From the human T2T-CHM13v2.0 reference genome, Homo sapiens: a stretch of 64,000 nt of DNA. Shown piece by piece: positions 57,950 to 64,000 of this stretch (the stretch's first letter is position 1; each line of letters begins with the position of its first letter). Where the stretch lies: assembly GCF_009914755.1 (NCBI RefSeq), contig NC_060943.1; one strand, 5' to 3'. Position numbers and translations under genes: made by a program. The notes beneath the pieces are model-generated. The model saw nothing but the letters and a program-made list of their open reading frames with translations, was not told where the DNA came from and did not search any database.

Positions 57950-59600
57950 TCTGGAAGGCGGACCGGGTGGTGGCTGCCCACCCTGGTTCCCGAGGTGGAG
58001 GTTGGGGAGACCCAGCCGGCCCCGCCCATACCTTCCCTCCTGGTCCCGCCCACCCACCTTGGCCCCGCCTCGTACCTCCCTCGCTCCCATTGGCCCAGCC
58101 TCCCCAGGCCCGCCCCTTCGCGCTCCCGACATATAAAAGCCCCCCGCCCCGGCCTGCCGACCTCCACTCGCCGCGGGCCTGCGAGCGCCCGCCCCTCGCG
58201 GGGGCCGGGCCGCGGGGACGGGGGCGGGTGGTGTCGTTCCAGCCGGGCCCCGGCCCCCTCCCCCACGGTCCAGACAGTCGCCGCCGCCATTTTGACCGCC
58301 CGCCCCTTCCCCCCGGACTGTGATTACAGAGACACCTACTGCCCCGGCCCCGCCGCCCACCCCGGCCCGGCCAGCCACCCCGGGGCCGCCCTGGTTACCT
58401 CCGCTTCTCCCCACTTCTGTCTGCGGAAACGCTTTTCGGAGGTCTCGGAGTCGATGTTGGGAAGGGGACGGGACGTGCTGGGGTCCCCGGGCCGGGCCTG
58501 GGGGGTGGGGGTGGGGGTCGGCCGGGCGGTTGTTGTTGTTGACTCGCGTTGCCGGGTTGCTTGGTCGCCACGACTACCGTGGCTATGGCGCCTCCGTTTC
58601 CCTCACCGGGGCAACTGTTGCTACCCACCCTAGTTACGTCACGCGCGGGGGCGGGGCCCGGGGTGATTGGCGGCGGCCGGAGAAGTGATTGGACGGCGCC
58701 AGGCCTTGCAGCTAAACTATTAGTTCCGATGCACGCTTTTCAACACCCTCTGGACTTCCCGGCGATCTGATTTATCAGTATGAATGTCCATCAAAAGAAA
58801 CTGAACCCTCAAAGGCAGCCGGGCCCGTCACTCCGGCAGGGAAGCAGCTGGTTAAGAATAAAGGGGTAGGACTCGTGAGGACGGGATTGGTTTGCCGATG
58901 TAAAACCGGCCTCCTGGTTCGACTAAAGGGACGTCAATCTACCAAAGGTTTGCCGCGCTCTCTGGCTGGAGGCCGTGCGCATGCTCGGCACGCAAGGCCG
59001 ATTGGGAGTTGTAGTCCGCTCTTGCGTACACTTTACATGTCTTACCAAATTAAAAAGGCGAGAAAGGAAGACTCCGCTCCAGACTTCTCTCTCGCTCGGT
59101 GGGCCAGTTTCTGGCTTCTTGCGCTGACGTCAGGGGAGGAATGCAGTGACGCAGCGCAGCCCCTCTGTGACGACAGCGGCGAAGGCCGGACTCGGGATTC
59201 GATGACGTCACTGGGCGCGCGTCCCCCTTCCCCACTGCCCATGGCCCCGTCGGGGTTGGGTGGAAGCGGGAGGCCGCGGCGGGGTTCGATCCCAGCTCCC
59301 ACCCGCTGGGGTGACATCCTCCTCCGCCCAAGCCGGCCAGACAGCGCGGCCGCCGCGCCTTCTCCCGCCTCCCGGTCCCCTCCAGCCGGAAAAGGTCACC
59401 GCTGCCGGGGTGACCGCGGCTATCTCTGCCCCGCAGGCGGTGCGGCCGCCTTGGGAAAGGTCTCTGCAAGGCGGGGGACTTCATTCGCGGCTTCAACCGC
59501 GGTAGATAAGCAAAGGTCAGCCCCGACCCAGCCCAGGGAGCTTGGTCCGCCCAGGAGAGCTCACCACAACCCCCGCCACACACACACACCTCCCACACAT
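57950..59600. promoter_or_regulatory. RFX1: RFX1 CpG-island promoter region
   Basis: High CpG density. YY1 GCCGCCATTTTG 58283-58294; X-box half-site cluster 58548-58622; CRE-like TTACGTCA 58634-58641; GC box ~58648-58656; CCAAT (ATTGG) ~58666 and ~58688; ZNF143-type GGGAGTTGTAGT 59004-59015; TGACGTCA 59125 and 59203. Confidence 0.88.
58399..58600 (-). other. RFX1: RFX1 non-coding exon 1 (5' boundary approximate)
   Basis: Donor GAG|GTAACC at 58399/58398 within the CpG island, just downstream of CCAAT/GC/CRE motifs. Confidence 0.7.
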
Positions 59601-59667
59601 ACGCTCCTCTGTGCCTCAGTTTCCTCAAGGGACTGTCTGGGTGCTGCAGGACGAGAAGAGACAGAAA

Positions 59668-60277
<610 letters not shown>

Positions 60278-60461
60278 GAACAGCAAGGGGAAAAGAAAAC
60301 AGGCTCAGACAGCCCTGAAGTCTAATGCCAGCCCTGCTGTGTGGCATTCAGAAAGTGACTCCACCTAAGTTTGTTTCCTAATTCAACCAACATTATATTT
60401 CCTCGGTGCAAGGCCCTGGGCTATACAAGTGAAGAAAGGTGACTTCATTTATGGTGGCTCA

Positions 60462-60800
<339 letters not shown>

Positions 60801-61209
60801 TCAGCTCCGGAGGTAGAGGCTGCAGTAAGCAATGATTGTGTGGTCCAGCCTGAGTCTCAGAAAAAAAAGAAAAAAAGGAAAAAAAAGAAAGCAAACAACT
60901 CCCTTTGCATTCTAGGATGGGATACACAATAAACAGATAAATTGTAAGATAGGCTCCTTAGAGTCCTGAGAGCAACATAAGAGAGTGGGGTAGGAGAATG
61001 AGAGGATGCTGTAGCCAGTGTTATCTGAGGGGGGATGTCCCACAGAATGAGCCTGAGTGGTGAGAGACGAAGCAAGCCTCATAAATCCAGGTGGAGGGGC
61101 CGGTCATGATGGCTCATGCCTGTAATCCCAGCACTTTGGGAGGCCAAGTTCAGGAGTTCCAGAACAGTCTGGCCAACACGGCGAAATCCTGTCTCTACTA
61201 AAAATACTA

Positions 61210-61422
<213 letters not shown>

Positions 61423-61556
61423 CTAAAGCCAGGAGAGATAAGGTTGTAGAGGTAATAATAGCCACATAATTCCCAGCGAACCCAGCAAAGTGGGACGCTC
61501 CCCGCTCTTGACAGGTGGGCAATGGATGCCCAGAGAGAGGAAGTAGGTGCCCTCTC

Positions 61557-63350
<1,794 letters not shown>

Positions 63351-63766
63351 TCTCCACCCCAAGATCACGAAGCTGGAGGAACCAGAGCCCATCTCTTTTC
63401 ATGGGACTTTCCAGTGCCCTGGGTGTGACCCTGGATGGGAGAAGAGGAGAAGCAGCAGCTCCAGTCTGCCTGGAATTGCCGGTTGAGTCCCAGCCCTGAC
63501 AGTACCTGCAAGAATTAATGAGACTTCCAGGCAGGCAGTGCCCAAGAATGAATCCCAGCTGGCAATACAAGTCACATCAGGGTCCCAGGACCAGCCATGG
63601 GGACTTCATTGTGGGGAGGGAAACTAGAAGCCCTATTTCCACCTCCTACCCATTTCTCCAATGCCCAGAAGTAGCTGGACCAAGCCCAGAGACCATGTCG
63701 TCCATCAAAAATATTCAGCTGGGCGTGGTGGCTCACACCTGTAATCCCAGCAGTTTGGGAGGCCTA

Positions 63767-64000
<234 letters not shown>

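Noticed and set aside
58628-58670. X-X2-Y arrangement resembling the MHC class II SXY module
   Set aside because: The X box is degenerate, the X2-Y spacing is longer than in the MHC-II promoters I recall, and it points away from RFX1.
59230-59310. tRNA-like GGTTCGATCCC
   Set aside because: No acceptor, D or anticodon stems could be formed; kept only as a possible B-box.

Overview
Human (primate) genomic DNA, GC-rich and very Alu-dense. From gene identity this is the chr19p13 DCAF15-RFX1 locus. I assembled two complete genes by hand from GT-AG splice sites. DCAF15 (+ strand) has 13 coding exons from 4797 to 13279, 1803 nt = 600 aa; it is the CRL4 substrate receptor used by aryl-sulfonamides to degrade RBM39. 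RFX1 (- strand) has a non-coding exon 1 at about 58399-58600 and 20 coding exons from 46133 to 14979, 2940 nt = 979 aa; it is a winged-helix X-box transcription factor. The genes are tail-to-tail, with poly(A) signals about 120 nt apart. Other features are four CpG islands, dozens of Alus, a MER41A solo LTR split by four Alus, several DNA-transposon MITEs, minisatellites and microsatellites. Most ORFs in the supplied track are Alu-derived or antisense shadows of exons. Main observations: (1) a 330-nt in-frame cassette-exon candidate (110 aa, PPxY motif) in the RFX1 intron-7 CpG island; (2) a 13/14 RFX X-box palindrome centred on RFX1's own start codon, part of a locus-wide set of X-boxes that suggests an auto/cross-regulatory circuit; (3) a CCAAT/GC/TATA promoter antisense to RFX1 in intron 1; (4) a 54-nt frame-preserving exon candidate in intron 8. 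All regulatory and novel-exon claims are inferences from sequence and are untested.
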